A stretch of 64,000 nt of DNA from positions 9,052,001 to 9,116,000 of the forward strand of contig OZ176054.1 in NCBI GenBank assembly GCA_964247055.1, given 5' to 3'. The notes beneath the pieces were generated by a model. That model was not told the DNA's origin. It saw only the letters and a program-made list of their open reading frames with translations, and made no database searches. Shown here one piece after another: positions 26,455-40,367 of this stretch. The first letter of the stretch is position 1; every line of letters begins with the position of its first letter. The position numbers and the translations under genes are program-made. Source of the stretch: Paragordius varius (Eukaryota > Animalia > Nematomorpha).

Positions 26455-29400
26455 ATATATATATATATATATATATATTCTGTTATATTGTTTTATAATA
26501 AATAAAATCATTGTTTATTTTTCATTATTTAACATTTGTATTTATTATTTATATGCAGCATTTTGTTACCAGATTATGCATGTACGAAAGATTTTAATAC
26601 ACTATACCATATATCTTTTTTTCTCGCTAAAAATTTAAATAGAATCAAAATACTTTTATTAACTACGGTGAAAAAAAAGATTAACCAACATTATATTATC
26701 TAGCAGTTAAATGAATATATATAAAATTTTGTTAAATCTTTCGTTAAACATAAATAAAAATATAACTTTTTATACATATAAGGATATGCCATAATTTGTC
26801 ATAGATTATAAATAAAACTTTGAAATTTCATATCATTTTCGTTCTTAGATAGTTGATTAAATTTTTTTATATATTCTTTATTCTCTACCATGCGAAAACT
26901 ACATTTCGTTTTATTACAGAATCGCATTGGGACATCTAAAGGAATCGGGTATCTTGGTGCTTGTTGGTTTACCACACCTTTAAAATCAAATAAAAAAGGA
27001 GAAGCTATCTACAAGGAACATGTAATTTCATACAGTGTTAAAGGCTCATTTTTTGCATGGGAAAAAATTGTTAACCCTAACACTAATTATAATGGTCCTT
27101 TATCATCATCAATATGGAATGATGCTTTTTTCATTACGGGTCACACAGATTCGGTTGTAGATTTGTGCTGGATGCATGATTTGGACACTTTTAATCATTG
27201 CCAAGATTTGAATGGTAAAATACTGATTAGTTAACCCTAAATATTATATTTGATTGCTTATTTTACAAAAAGCATTTTTTTCTTGATATATTTGATCGCC
27301 ATAATATTTGGTGATGAAATAATAACATGAATAAAATACAAGAAACTTTGAACCCATGGATGTCCTACACGCTTTGTTCGGTACGCAAAGTGCTATGAAA
27401 AATGTTTAAAAAAATGAAAAATTGGATTTCAATCAAAAATTTACGATTTAGAGGATATATAACCCAAAATTAGGCTTAAAAAAAACTAACAATTATCAAA
27501 TCAGCTAGCGAAGATATTTGTGATGAACACCCCTGTTTACCATATTTTTTTTTCGATTTTGATATTTGAATACGCTTAAAATTGTTTTAATTCATTTCAC
27601 CCTGCCAATAATTTTATATATAATATAACAGATAATTTTTTATTGTCATGATCATATATATTTAATTATCTGAATTGGGTGAACATATATCTTTTTTATT
27701 ATATACTGGACGAATTATAATTTGTATAGGCTGGTCGCTTTTAACCACTAGCAAAGATCAGACTACACGCCTTCATTCCGAAATTAATTTACCATCCGGG
27801 GTAAAAAAAACTTATATACGGTTATTGTTTTCTATCTAGACAAATTATCATATTAAATGTGAAAGCGTCTTAATGCATTAAATATAAAAAAATTATGGCG
27901 AAATGCATATGGGCTATTTATTTTAGGCATTTCACCATGTTTTTTGCTTTATTTTGAATATTTAATGTTGACTAATTAAATATTTTATCAAAATTTTTTT
28001 ATGTGTTCCTAATTTGCATCAATAAAAAAGCTTGATTCACAAATTAATTATACATTTTTGTTTTGATGATTTTTTTATTCATTTATAATTTAGCATAAAA
28101 CTTGGGCTGAAATCGCACGGTGCCAAATCCATGGTTATGACCTTAATTGTATTACCCTGCTTGACGCATTACGTTTCGCATCAGGGGCTAATGAAAAAAT
28201 CGTTCGTATATTTGAAGCACCTAAATCTTTCATTCACAATTATGGGAAATGGAAAAGCAAGTCATTTTTTTCTAATCAAGAAAATGATGGTGATCACCTT
28301 ATTACAAAAAATGATTTGGTATGAAATATTTGAATTATTTTATATCATTTAATATAAGATAAAATAATGTTTGATCCATAGTTTGTAATTAATATAGTAT
28401 GACAGTTTATCCGATGTCGCTTGTAATGCCCCACTCGATTTAACAAATTTGCCTATTATTGATGGGACATTAGAGGACAACACTGAAAAAAGGAATATTG
28501 CACGAGTTGCACACACCATACCAGGTAACAAGTTTCTATTTTATAAAAAAATATCTTGTGGGTTATGATTTGCAATTCAAAAGGAATAATAATTAAAAAC
28601 AGTTCTGAGTAAACTAAATTTTATATCCAACATATTAATTGAAATGTTAATATACATATTTTTAATATAAATTGCACATTAATTTTAATAAGATTTAAAT
28701 TAACTTTGTTCACGAAAGAATCTAACAAAATATTTACTGCCTTCTATTAATTTATTTGCAAAAATAAGTTTTTGGCCACATAAATAATTTTTTTACACCG
28801 CTCTGATTGATAAATTGACATATATTACAACATATCTTACCATTTACCCTAAAAATATATATATATATATATATATATATCAATTTAATTTAATAAAATT
28901 TATAATATTTCAATTAGAGACACCCACAGAAAATTATTTATACCAAAGCACCCTATGGATAGAAAAACAAAAATTGTAAGTTTTCTTTTAAGTAACGTTT
29001 TATAGATACGGTCATGGTAATGAAATATCCGCACTGGCATATAATCCAATACATAACATACTTGCATCAGCATGCAAGGTATAAATTTTTTATTTTAATG
29101 TGTTTCAAATGATTTTTTTTCAATGTTTTCAAATTTCTTGTCCCATATTACTTTTAGGCAACAAATGCTCAATTTGCAAACATATACATTTGGGATTGTT
29201 CAGACCCACACTATAAATTAATAAGTAAAATATTTATAATTGTAAATTACACTAGTCGACAAATTTGGACATTTTTGAGCACCACCACTCAAAAATTATG
29301 ACTAATTTCAGTGTTCTAAAACTGAATCTGAAAATTTTTTTGATCCCCCCAATCAGAATTTTAAGATATTATAGGTTTTTCAATTTTTCAAAAACAAGAA

Positions 29401-32400
29401 AGAATCGAGAGAAAATTAAATACTTTATAACAAAAAATTATTATATTATAATTTCATAAAGCGTTTTAAACTCTATCTTTTGAATATAAATATGTCATTT
29501 AAATATCAGGGAGAAAAAAATAGTATGGATAGAAACGTCAAAATTTAGTTTATTTTTTTTTAAGCTAATTTTAAACACGTATAAATATATATTAAAACAT
29601 ACTAAAAGAGGCATTTTGTATTTTAAACCTTCGGCTTTCAGAGAAGCTATATTCGTTTCGTTAATTTTGGTTATTTTTAGTACTTATTAGAATTTTTACT
29701 CTTCGGTTGGTTCTTACAAACATTCGTGTTATTTATACCTGGTGGATAGTATTTATTTTTAAAATGATTGGCTGCGTCATAATTTGCATAATTTTATGAA
29801 TGCCATAATATGACTTGGACTAATCTTATCTCCTTATCCGATTACATGGTCAGATCTGTCTAACTCTATTCTATGAATTGGTTAATTTGCCATGTGAATT
29901 TTAGATTTTGCTGAAGTTTACGTTATATTGCAGGTCTCTCCTACCGGTCTTTAATCACTTCATTATTGTATACCTTTGCCATATCTACCATGATAATAAA
30001 ATTGCATGGGGGATTTTTGCAGAGCTTGTGCAAGCCGCCGGGATATCATACCACACACCATATATTAGCCCTTTGCGATTTTTAATATTTTGATTTTTAA
30101 TACTCTTTGGCTCTTAGCAATATATTTTAAATCTATATTCTTAAAGTTTTATATTCTCTTTTATTTAATACATAGAATTTTTAATTAACATATTCTATTA
30201 ATTGATATCTATTTATTGTATATTGTCTATTTCTTTGTCGAATAACAATCCCGCTCGATAAGACGTTTTTTTCGTGCAAAAGAGATAACAAACCTTCAGC
30301 AGCGATTTCGGGCAGTTTATATTTTAATATAAATATCGACGACAATTTTATAAAGTTATATTATATGCATCAATAACATTTTCTGCAGAGTTTTCGTTAA
30401 TAAAAAAATCTTCTGTGGTATCGTATACTTGGGCCTTATATTTGGATCATTTTTGCATTTTCGTTCTCATATTATTGTGAAAAACCTGGCTTTGGATTAC
30501 CACTTTTATTCACTTGCTTGTTCAAATATTTAAATATTTGTACACGAGGAATAATTGTTTTTTAAAATTACATACAAAAGTTAAAAATTAAATTTTAAAA
30601 AAATCCTATTGGCGCCTCAATTTTTTTGTTTTGGCTCTTCCATGCCATTAGGTAACAGAAAATGCAAAAAAATGGGGTGGTGCAAAACCTTGTTCAGCAG
30701 TGTTATGGTTATTATTTATTATATAGTTTTCATTAGTAACACTAATTTTAATTGGTACATGTTTGAATTAATTATAGGGAAATTTGATGAAAATCAAGCT
30801 CACACTTTGACTGTTACAAGAATGTGTTTCCACCCCTTGGGCAAATACTTATTATCTGTGTCCAGGGATAGAACATGGAATGTCTATCAGGCAGTTTTAG
30901 ATGGTATGTTTTACATAAATAGTTTATGTTTAATCTGATTTAAATACTACATTGCCATATTAACCTTTCCATTTAACTGATAATTATATTAAATTTAGAA
31001 AAAGATAAAGTTATGGATTACCAGAGAATAGATAGTAGTGATGGAAAAACACCCAACCATAATCGTATTGTGTGGGACTGTCGATGGTTCCCTGCTTCTA
31101 CACATCAAGACTCATATACTTTTATAACCTGTTCCCGTGATAAAAAGGTTGGAATTTGATCAACATTGTGAGATAAAAATAAATTTATAAAAGAAAGGGA
31201 TTATATTTACAAAAATATTATGTGTATAGGCTATCGTTTGGAAGTTTAATCACTCAAATGACAAACCTCAATGGTTTACAAATAAATCTTTAGTTGTCGT
31301 TTCCAGTTCGTCTGTGAACGCAGTAGATGTTGCTCATTATAAAAAGTACGTGTGCGCGCTTGAATATATTTATATATTTAAAATCGATTTATTAGAGCAA
31401 ATCTTTCATGCCCATATAAAATTTTTCAGTTTTTGTCTTTACCATATTTATGGTTATTTATACCGAATATAAATATAAAAATATATATTATATATACTTT
31501 TAGAGAGTGTTTTATTATTCTATTGGGATTGGAAAGTGGTGTTATTGCTTGCTATACCATCACATCGAATGCTCAATCTCAGGATGTGATCAATTATCAA
31601 TTTAATTTGGATCATAGGTAGTTACCTAATTTATCTTTTTGAGCTTATCACATGTCATTTAGGTACCGTTAATGTCTGTTTTTATACAGTTTAAAGTCTT
31701 TTTTCCTTTTTTATTAAACGACTTAAATTTTATCCGGATTTGTGAGAAGGCTTTCAACACTCGCCTGCCCAAATTGCGTAGGTTCGGGGTTCGAACTCAG
31801 GCACTTAGCATGAGAGTCCGGCGCCCTACCTACTATACAATCACGCCTCTACCGTTACTGTCGGTTATATAAAAAAAATACATGGATATATAAAATTAAT
31901 TAATTATTTTGTTATACTTGATTTATTTTTTAAATTTGATTATGTATATTTAATTAGGCTAATTTTTTATAATATATTTTATGTAATAACAACATAAATT
32001 TTATAAAAATTTACAATATGTCTTTTACCTACTCTGACAATTATTAGTGGTTTATAATTTGCTTTGTGTGTATATCAAAAAAAAATCTCATTACGAGACT
32101 TAAATCAACTATAACTTTATTAGTTCTTGCTGATTAATTTGCAATTTCCCGATTTTTAATAAATGTCCTAATTTTTTTTATACAAAACCGTTTACCAAGT
32201 GTAGACATAAGTCATTACCGGTTAAATAAGAGAAGTCCATCGAAGGCTGAAGATTAATTTGACAAGCTATTTTTTTTAATTTCATTAAACGATGGCAGCC
32301 AAGTTGGGTTTTGTAAAGATAAAATTCATTAATCACGTGGAATTTTGTGCCTGAAAAAAAAACATTTTTGGCACGCTTTTCTTTTATTCCATCATAAGCA

Positions 32401-33725
32401 AAGGCTATTGAAAGTCATCGTTTGGTGGTAGAATATTTTTACCTGCTCCCCATCGATTATAACATGTAAAACGGTTTCGAAAATCTAAAGTTCTGATTTC
32501 AATGAAGAGATTGGGCGTTTTGGTAGACCACACATGCGAAAACGATAAAGTGCAAGAGTTATTTAATGATAACCCAACTCAAACTCAACGGCAATTTTCC
32601 GACGAATTACATGTATTGAAAAAGAAATTTTCACTATGACCATTAAACTCGGTAAATATGTTCCACAAAATTTGAATGTTAGTCAATTGGAAATGCAAAT
32701 GATTTTTTCCTGCTTAAACCACGAAGGATATCATATTTGCAACGAATTGCCACGGGTGATAAAAATTCCGTATTTTGCAAATCCAAAGCTGAAAAATCGT
32801 TGCTTTCACCTTGCCAAGCTGGTCCATCAACACCAAAGACAAATCAGTTTGGCAAGAGGACCATGCTCTGTGTCTGGTTGGACTCGAACGGTATTATACA
32901 TTATATACTTTTGAAGCCATGTAAAACCGTTAATACACAACGCTACCGTCAACAACCAATTAAAAACGATGGATGTAAAACGACTGGAATGAGTCAGAAG
33001 ACATGGATGGCATTGTGTTTTTGTTACATGACAATGATCCACCTCACTCTGCAAAACCAGTAAAGACACATTGTTTTGATACCTGGCGCCATCTAGCGAT
33101 TGTTTCTTCGCATAAATGGAATACTCGCAGAGTAGTACTCCAATAATTTCCAAGATGTTAGAAAGTGACTTGATAAATGATTTGCCGCAAAAGATGATCA
33201 TTTTTTATTGCACCATTAATATATTACAAGATTGGGTAAATATGTGGAAGCTGATGAACCATATTTTTTAAACAAATAAATAATGGTGAAAACCCGTAAA
33301 ATCTTATTGATAAACCTGGTAATTAGTCTGTGGGTATTTTTGTCACCATAATTAGGCAAAAACAATAAAGTATTTATATATATTTTCTAATATGAAATTA
33401 AAATTATTATATATTAAATTTACTGAAAATTGTTTTTTTACAAAAAAGTTTATCCTGATATAAAAAATGATATGATGCGGACAATGAGCCATGCATCTTC
33501 TCTTTATAAAAATAGTCCACTGCATATTAATTTTTTATAAAGTATAATAATTTAAATATTAGGCATGGAGAAGCTATCAATAGAATTAGTCTAAAGCCAA
33601 ATAATATGGACAGTGTGAATGACAAGGAAAATAAACACCAACTTACTTTGGCATCATGCTCTATGGATGGAAGCGTTTTCATTCAAAATATAAATCTTGC
33701 AAATATTATTAATCAGTTGCAATAA
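21585..33725 (+). CDS. ELP2: Elongator complex protein 2 (WD40 repeat)
   Basis: Exons 21585-21695, 21719-21853, 21877-21993, 22015-~22099, ~22122-22271, 22306-22395, 23704-23778, 23825-23922, 26920-27214, 27730-27800, 28094-28318, 28398-28524, 28918-28975, 29006-29077, 29158-29224, 30778-30903, 30999-31147, 31230-31345, 31504-31617, 33563-33725. ELP2 motifs: GHTDWIRSI, KDQTTRL, WAEIARCQIHGYDL, RFASGANEKIVRIFEAP, PTENYLYQSTLWIEKQKLYGHGNEI, HTLTVT..LLSVSRDRTW, HNRIVWDC, SRDKK. Confidence 0.95.
24028..26412. repeat. Long inverted repeat / foldback element (~1.07-kb arms, ~240-bp spacer) in an ELP2 intron
   Basis: 24028-~25105 aligns by eye with the reverse complement of ~25347-26412 (ends GACCCATGTTCAAGTAAG / CTTACTTGAACATGGGTC); each arm has an internal ~260-bp duplication. 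Confidence 0.9.
26419..26478. repeat. Interrupted (TA)n microsatellite at the right end of the foldback
   Basis: Direct reading. Confidence 0.95.
29250..30702 (-). mobile_element. Non-autonomous Tc1-like DNA element, copy 1 (ELP2 intron)
   Basis: Imperfect TIRs TA-CACTAGTCGACAA / TTGTTCAGCAGTG-TTA; an inverted second copy lies at 47523-48624; a faint transposase-like remnant (RPKSL..FARKN) near 30250-30330 on the minus strand is weak. Confidence 0.65.
31730..31850 (-). mobile_element. tRNA-derived SINE-like element or tRNA pseudogene (CAT in the putative anticodon region)
   Basis: Minus strand GGCGTGATTGTATAGTAGGTAGGGCGCCGGACTCTCATGCTAAGTGCCTGAGTTCGAACCCCGAACCTACGCA has A-box-like and B-box (GAGTTCGAAC) motifs, imperfect acceptor and anticodon stems, and a non-tRNA 3' body. 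Confidence 0.6.
32192..33321 (+). mobile_element. Mos1-like mariner transposon, decayed, in the last ELP2 intron
   Basis: TA-flanked imperfect TIRs (CCAAGTGTAG.. / ..TAAACCTGG); transposase pieces IATGD, QAGPSTPKTNQFGKRTMLCVWLDSNGIIHYILLKPCKTVNTQRY, LHDNDPPH, FAAKDDHFY closely track Mos1; frameshifts and stops. Confidence 0.93.
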
Positions 33726-33855
33726 ATTTTTTATCAATGTTTATATATAATGATGAGATGTGTGCTTCCCCTCCAATGTCCAATCAATACTCCAAATCTG
33801 TGTAGTAAAAATTATATCTCACTTAATATAATATTTATTAGTATGATTTTAAGCT

Positions 33856-34300
33856 TTAAATATAAAATTTTATTAATAATAATGTAAAACTTTTGTCAAT
33901 GGCTTCCCCAATCAAAGCATCGTTTTGCCAGCGTGTACGCGCCAAAATAAAAAATCGCCTAAAATAATTTGGGTTATCATTCCGAGGAATAGCATCAATT
34001 TCGGTATGCGGTTTTTCATTGTTATGGAATTGCCCTTTTTCTGGGACTGGATTGATTTTATTTATTCCTGAAAGCACATTCTGACTTTCACCTCTGTTTG
34101 CTTTTGAAGATTATATTTACCGGTTTTAGACTTCATGGCCAATGTAGGATTGGTTTAGTCCGTAAAATTGTGGGTCTAATCATTGTTTCCGAAATATCTT
34201 CTTTATGGATTAAACTCACTTTTTGTAGGACTTCATTCGGGTTATTTGCGTTTCTAGTGGAAGAACCTTTAAACATATCACCACCCTTTTTCTCAAATTA
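33856..34300 (-). CDS. Possible last exons of an unidentified small gene convergent with ELP2
   Basis: Less AT-rich ORF 34100-33856 with a candidate 20-nt GT-AG intron (34101-34120); upstream structure could not be closed and no family was recognised. Confidence 0.25.
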
Positions 34301-35169
34301 GCAATCTGAATTAAGGTTTATGAGTTAAGACCTGATATATATAATTCAAGAGTTTTTTGAACATTTAAAACTTAAAATCTGCCACTTTTAAACGACAGTT
34401 TATAAAGTTTTTTAATCATTAACGACCTTTTTAAGCCAAATAGACAAGAAATATTAAAGTCCTTTTTTTCGGAATCTTTTAATTATTATCTACTTTTTCG
34501 AGGCGTTTCTTTTTCCTTCTTACACCCCAACATTTTTCCCAAAGTATCCAACGAAAAATAGTATATTTAGCAATTTATAACGATGACAAGATGTGTAGAA
34601 TGTAAAATATATTGAAAAATTTGCAAACTATGTTATATTTTGATTGCTGGATTTATATTCTATTATATGATAAACATCAAACTTGTGCTTTTTAAAAACT
34701 ATTACAACTTGATTTTACACTCTTAAGGCTTTTTTGTGAGAATTTAAATTTGTTTTATTTTATAAATATAAGATATTTTTAACCCCAATATTTCAGTAAG
34801 AATAAAAATCGTTTTTGATTAAAGTGTGTCTTGCAAACTATTTAGCTGAGAGCGATCAGGCATGATGGATCTCAGTACAACAATATAAATTAAAAAAATG
34901 GCCATTTTCACAAAACTTTATAGAGGTGTGTAAATAATTGCTCTCTATTCGTTTAATTAAAATCATTACTATTTGGAAAAAATGTATTTAATATAAAACC
35001 AAAGATTTGTTATAAATTCGATAGATAAGGTATTTCCTATTGTTCTATTGGTTTAAGTTTTATGAGTCTTTTAAGAAAAATACACTTTTATGCTAATTGA
35101 TCTATATGCAAATTTGGAGCACATTATTTAAATGAAATTATCATTTAAATACATCCTGATTAAATATGA

Positions 35170-35490
35170 TAGATTAATGCACTGATGCGTGAGTGCATCA
35201 CAGCTTTGTTAATATGCAACTTTTTGCTGGCCTTCATGGACAAATCATCTGTAGGCTGATCTGTCTAAGGAAGAATTGATCAGATTGGAGATTGTAAGGT
35301 GGATGTCATTTGTTAATTGTGTTGACCATCTTTTCCTGGGTGACCCTCTTTTACGTTTACCTTCTACTCATAATTGTATTTTCCAATTTGTTGCAGATGA
35401 CGTGGCTAAACTGCTAGTCACAAAAAATTGTAAGTGCCAAATAAAATATTTTAATTGTCTCAAGGACCGTGCACCATATAATACTGACAA
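35170..35490 (-). mobile_element. Decayed RTE-clade LINE, 3' fragment
   Basis: LRQLKYF.WHL..KLENTIM..EGKRKRGSPRKRWSTQLTNDI is the typical RTE ORF C-terminus. Confidence 0.75.
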
Positions 35491-37169
35491 ATAATCTATG
35501 GCTGTTTGATAAAAATATGCATATACATACCTTAAATGAGTATACAAAAAAAATAAGTAATTAACTCTGGCTTAATAAAGTATTTTTAGATCGAAAAATC
35601 TGCACATTATGTAAAAATATATTTCTCGGTTGAATATAAATCATTCATTTAGTTTTTGTCAATACATTATATCTTAAGAGCATAACTATGCATGTATTAG
35701 TTGTATCAGCTTCAAGAGTCACTTTAAATCCGTTAACATGGGCGAGTTTCCTAAAATGAAAATAAACGTAAGAAAGTCGAAAGTGTACTCTTATTTTGGT
35801 ATATACCCTTTATTTTATATACGATTACAACATGCATTTCTTTTAAAATGAATTAGCATATTCTAGAAACCTATTTATTCCAACATACCGACAGTATAAA
35901 TTTCATTTAATTGTGAAAAAACTGCACACGGTGTTAGAAGACATCTATCACTTCATATTTATTTTATTAAACAAAATTTCTATGGAATCGTATATTTTCC
36001 TGCTTCTTGCAGACATATTTTGGAATACAAAGGATTTTATCACAAATTCTAGGGCTTACAGATTATATTTTAAAATACACAAAAAGATGACGACACAATA
36101 TCTATTTTCTAAAATGCAAAGTAGCCTTTTTTCCGTAAAACGAGTAGCCTTAGCCTATTTTAATAATAGTTATTCCCTTAGCATGTATGAGACTCTATTC
36201 TCACTGTTTTACTCGGTTATCTAAAAGTTTTTAAAATGGACTTCCAAAAGGTATAAACAGGTTTTGATAATGGGTGGATTCCAAACTTAGGCCGAATAAT
36301 ATCTAACATAATGGGTTAGCCGATTTCAACCAATTATCATAAAATTTTCTGTAACATTCCTAAAGGAAGCGAGAAAACATTCTATCATGAGAATCTTGAT
36401 ATATTTTACTATCAATATACATGTATTCTCTTATAAGTATTTAGGTAAGACTGATTTCGTGTTTTATAGAGACATAAAATATTTTGATTAAAATAATATT
36501 CAAATCAAATCCATTCTAAGCCCTTATAATAAAAAAATATAATCTTGATAATTAATTATTATCTCAAACATTTATGTACCATTTTTTCAATTTTTATTAT
36601 TGAAATTAAAAAAAACATTTTATGGTGTGAAGCAGGATTCCTGGGATTTCGAGATATTTTGTACGATCCACGTAAAATTTGTAAATTACCAAATAGAAAA
36701 TACACAATTCACAAAAATTGCTATTCATAAATAATCTAAGCAATTGATAATTCTTAAACGATATCCGAATAAAAATATCCAAATCCCACTAACTAGCATA
36801 ATTTGATGAATTAAATATTTTTATATTGTGTTAGTATTTTCAGATTAATGTTTTACAAGATTTACAACATAAAAAACGATTTATTTCACAAGTTTTTCTA
36901 GTTCGTTACCAAAATTTGGATATCTTTATTAATATTGTTAAAAATTTTTAGGAATCAATATTTTTGCAAATTATCAATTTTTGCAATTTACAAACGCGTT
37001 TTACACTATGACACGTGGTAAACATTGTCCACAAATTATTTGGTTTCATAAAACCACCTATTGGTTGATAGAAAGTGCTTTTACTTTTAATTCCGATGGT
37101 AAAAAAATTATCTTCTTAACATGTTTTATATTTAATATAAAGATGGTCTTTTGTGCCAATAATTAATGA

Positions 37170-37707
37170 TTCACAAGGTCTCCTTGAACCTTTTAAGTTG
37201 GTCCAACATCAAGCTGGTCCTTGGACATTTCAAGTTGGTCCTTGAACACTTCAAGTTGATCCCTAAATTTTAATTTAGCCATAATTTTTGAATGTATTTT
37301 TTTATATTTTCTAATTTTCTTATTTATTATATATTTATTCATTGAAAATAAAATATTTTATTCAAAAACCACTTTGTTGTTTCAAACTAATTTTTTTCCA
37401 ATTTAACAAATTAAATCTTTTTGATGAAAAAATGTAAATACTAACCAAACTTATATATTTTTTAATTACGTGTAAAAATCTTATTAATAATCAAAATATT
37501 TTCAAGAAATTAGTAAAGATTTAGGGTTTCTCAATGATTAAAAGTTGGATTTATTTTTGTCAAATAATGAAAGATAGGTTAAAAACGAGAAAATAGATGA
37601 ATGATATACGATTTGATTGATAAAAGTTTAAAACAAAAGAAAAAAGCAACTTGTAATGTTCAAGGACCAACTTGCAATGTTCAAGGTCACTCTGGGAGTT
37701 TAAATGG
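37170..37707. mobile_element. MITE with 21-bp tandem-repeat arms, degenerate copy
   Basis: TTCAAGTTGGTCCTTGAACA(C/T)-type units on the left, their reverse complement on the right ending AAATGG-TA; interior matches 55846-56449. Confidence 0.75.
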
Positions 37708-37866
37708 TATAATAAGCTCCCTCTTGGATAATGGATTCAAAGGAGTATGATGATAAGTTTGATTTTATACAAACGGGGGCTCCTCTGGGCTTTATGTTAA
37801 CTGCTTTCACTTAACCAACTTTTTTTGGTCTTTAAAATTAAATACTCATATATATATATATATATA

Positions 37867-40323
37867 TAAAGTGACCAGATTTTTTGAAGGAAAAAGCAGG
37901 ACAAATCTGAGAAAGGGGGGCATGGGGGATCCAACCAAAAATTTTTATACAAAAAATTTGTAATATTTATTTATTTTTAACACAAATACATTTTAGATAT
38001 ATATCAATATTTTATTTTTTGGTATATTTTATTTGAGGGAATGCGTTTTAGCTTGTCATCCTTTTTTAAAATATAAGTCCTCTCAAGAATTTGTCAAATT
38101 ATATTTGACAGATTAAATGGCCTTTAAAGTTTCGACATGTAAATTTGATTTTTCCGATGTCCATACCTGATTTACTGAGGAAAAACGCGTTCCCAGTAGC
38201 AGAATTGTTTCCAGTTAAAGATAGTGCAAATTGCATAATTTTTAAAATCTTATTGTATGGAACCTATTTTGTTTTAAAATAATAAATCTTTCTAACCATT
38301 TCTTTTCTAATGTATTTTCTGTTGTCCATAATTTAAGTTTTTCATTATTAATATTTTTTTAACTAATGATACTTCGGAAAAAAGATCATTTTCTGAAGAA
38401 AGATTACTTTTTGGGAATTTTTGGGAGATGCAGATGTAATCAAATGATTTTTGAACATCGCACCAATTAAATTCTGGTTTTAATGTTATCCAATGATCAT
38501 TGGATTGCACCGTCCAGTCTTCCAAATATCTTTACCGTTTGTATAAAACATTTTTATATGGTACAGGAAATCTTGGCGACTTATTAAGCTTTGTTTTTTT
38601 AAATTATTTATAATATTGCGGATGGTTAATGGTATAAAATTATTTTCTAACCGTTCTTGACATTGGAATTATAGGTTACCAACTTCATTGGCTATTTTGA
38701 TTGCCGAAAATTTGTCACCTTCTACCAATTTAATAACATTTTGAAAGAGAGAAGCTTGATTATGTAGGAATAACTATATTTTTGAAGAATCACTTTCAAA
38801 AAACTTTTCGAAAGTTGTAGGACATTTGTCCTGTGATAAAAAATAGGATTTTAACGAATCATACATTTTTAAAATTCTTTCAATAGCTGGCAGAAGAGCT
38901 AACCAACGAGTTTTACAATATCCAAGCATTTTTTGATAATAAACTACTGCATTTTCACAGAATTCCCTTAAGCGTTTCAACGCGTACCGTGTATATATAA
39001 AATAGGACTGTATTTTAACAACTACATTTACCTTATCTAGAGATATCAAATCAGCAGCTGTTTGAATAGCGTTGTGTAATATATGTGCACACCCAGCGCC
39101 AATAATGTTTTGATTGAGATTATCTGCTAATTTTTGAAAAATATTTTTTGTTCCCCTCCTTGCTTTTCCACCGAAATTCGTATTGGTGTTGTCAGCGCAA
39201 TATGCGATGATTTTGTTTTTTAAATTATTTTTTTCTAAAATATTCATTATTGAAGTAAAAATTATGTCGGAATTTTTACCGAGAGAATTAGAACTAAAAT
39301 TTTAATTTTTACTCCGGTTTCTGGATAAAAATATCTTATTAAAGTGGGAAATAATTTTGTTTCCATGTGATTTGATGCAGCATAGCGATATAAAATTAAT
39401 TTTCAGCAAATCTTTTTGTATTTCAGAAAATGCATGTGGCGAAAGGACATTGCATACAATGACTTCAGCCTTTGTACGGGCACATGTAAATTTTTTATTG
39501 CTTATGGTACGAATAACCTGTGAGGTACAATCTATAGATCTAAGGGAATGATTGTGATTAACGGCGTGAAAAGATAAAACGGCTTCGGCTAGTGCCCAAA
39601 TTCTTTTCTTCCTCTCCAAAAGCGGTTTTATAAAAACGCTCATTTTGTAAGATGATTCCGCCATATCTAAACATTTTTCTTTGTTTCTGTGTTTCCATAT
39701 GCTTTGTAATATCGCTTGCCGCCATGTGCTAAGGTGAATTTCCCCTAAAGAACATTTAAGAATTCCTCGTTTTTATAATAAACGGAAATTCCTTCATTAA
39801 TTCATCGTTAAATTTACAACCACTTTTTGTACTCATATTTTTAAACTAATATTAGTCTAAAAAATATTATTTTACCTTGATTTTCTGGAGTAAAAGTATA
39901 AGCTACCGATTTATGGTATTAATTTGTCTTTTTGATGATGTTGGCAGGTAATATAATTAAAATATTGGTATAAAAAATATTTTATCCTTAATTTTTTGGC
40001 GTAAACGTATAAGCTACCGATTTGTGGTATTAATATGTCTTTTTGATAATGTTGGCAGTAAGAGTAGGAAGCTAAGTGTATAATCATATAATATGAATTC
40101 GAAAAAATTAAATGTTTTTAATTTAATAATAAAAATTTTTAATTTAAAATTGATATAGATTTTAAAAATAACTAATGATAAAAAATTTAAACGGGTAAAA
40201 AAATAAATTTTTTTGTATAAAATATTTAAAAAATTTTTATATAATCGTGAAAAAGCGGGACATTTAAAAAACGTAGTGGGACGCGGGACAAAGTGTGAAA
40301 AAGTGGGACGTCTGGTCACCCTA
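37867..40323 (-). mobile_element. hAT DNA transposon (Blackjack-like), decayed, inserted in (TA)n
   Basis: TIRs TAAAGTGACCAGA / TCTGGTCACCCTA; transposase fragments CADNTNTNFGG, GCAHILHNA, KTRWLALLPAIERIL and a dimerisation-domain remnant near 38180. Confidence 0.88.
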
Positions 40324-40367
40324 TATATATACAAAAATCTAACTGACAGTGTTACCCTTCATTATGA

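Noticed and set aside
34846-34875. Small GC-rich hairpin CTGAGA..TCTCAG as an ncRNA
   Set aside because: Too short, with no snoRNA, miRNA or ribozyme hallmarks.
35690-36730. Possible plus-strand gene (ORFs 35913-36224, 36545-36730)
   Set aside because: No recognisable family and no phase-consistent exon chain could be built; it may be a decayed element. Needs RNA-seq.
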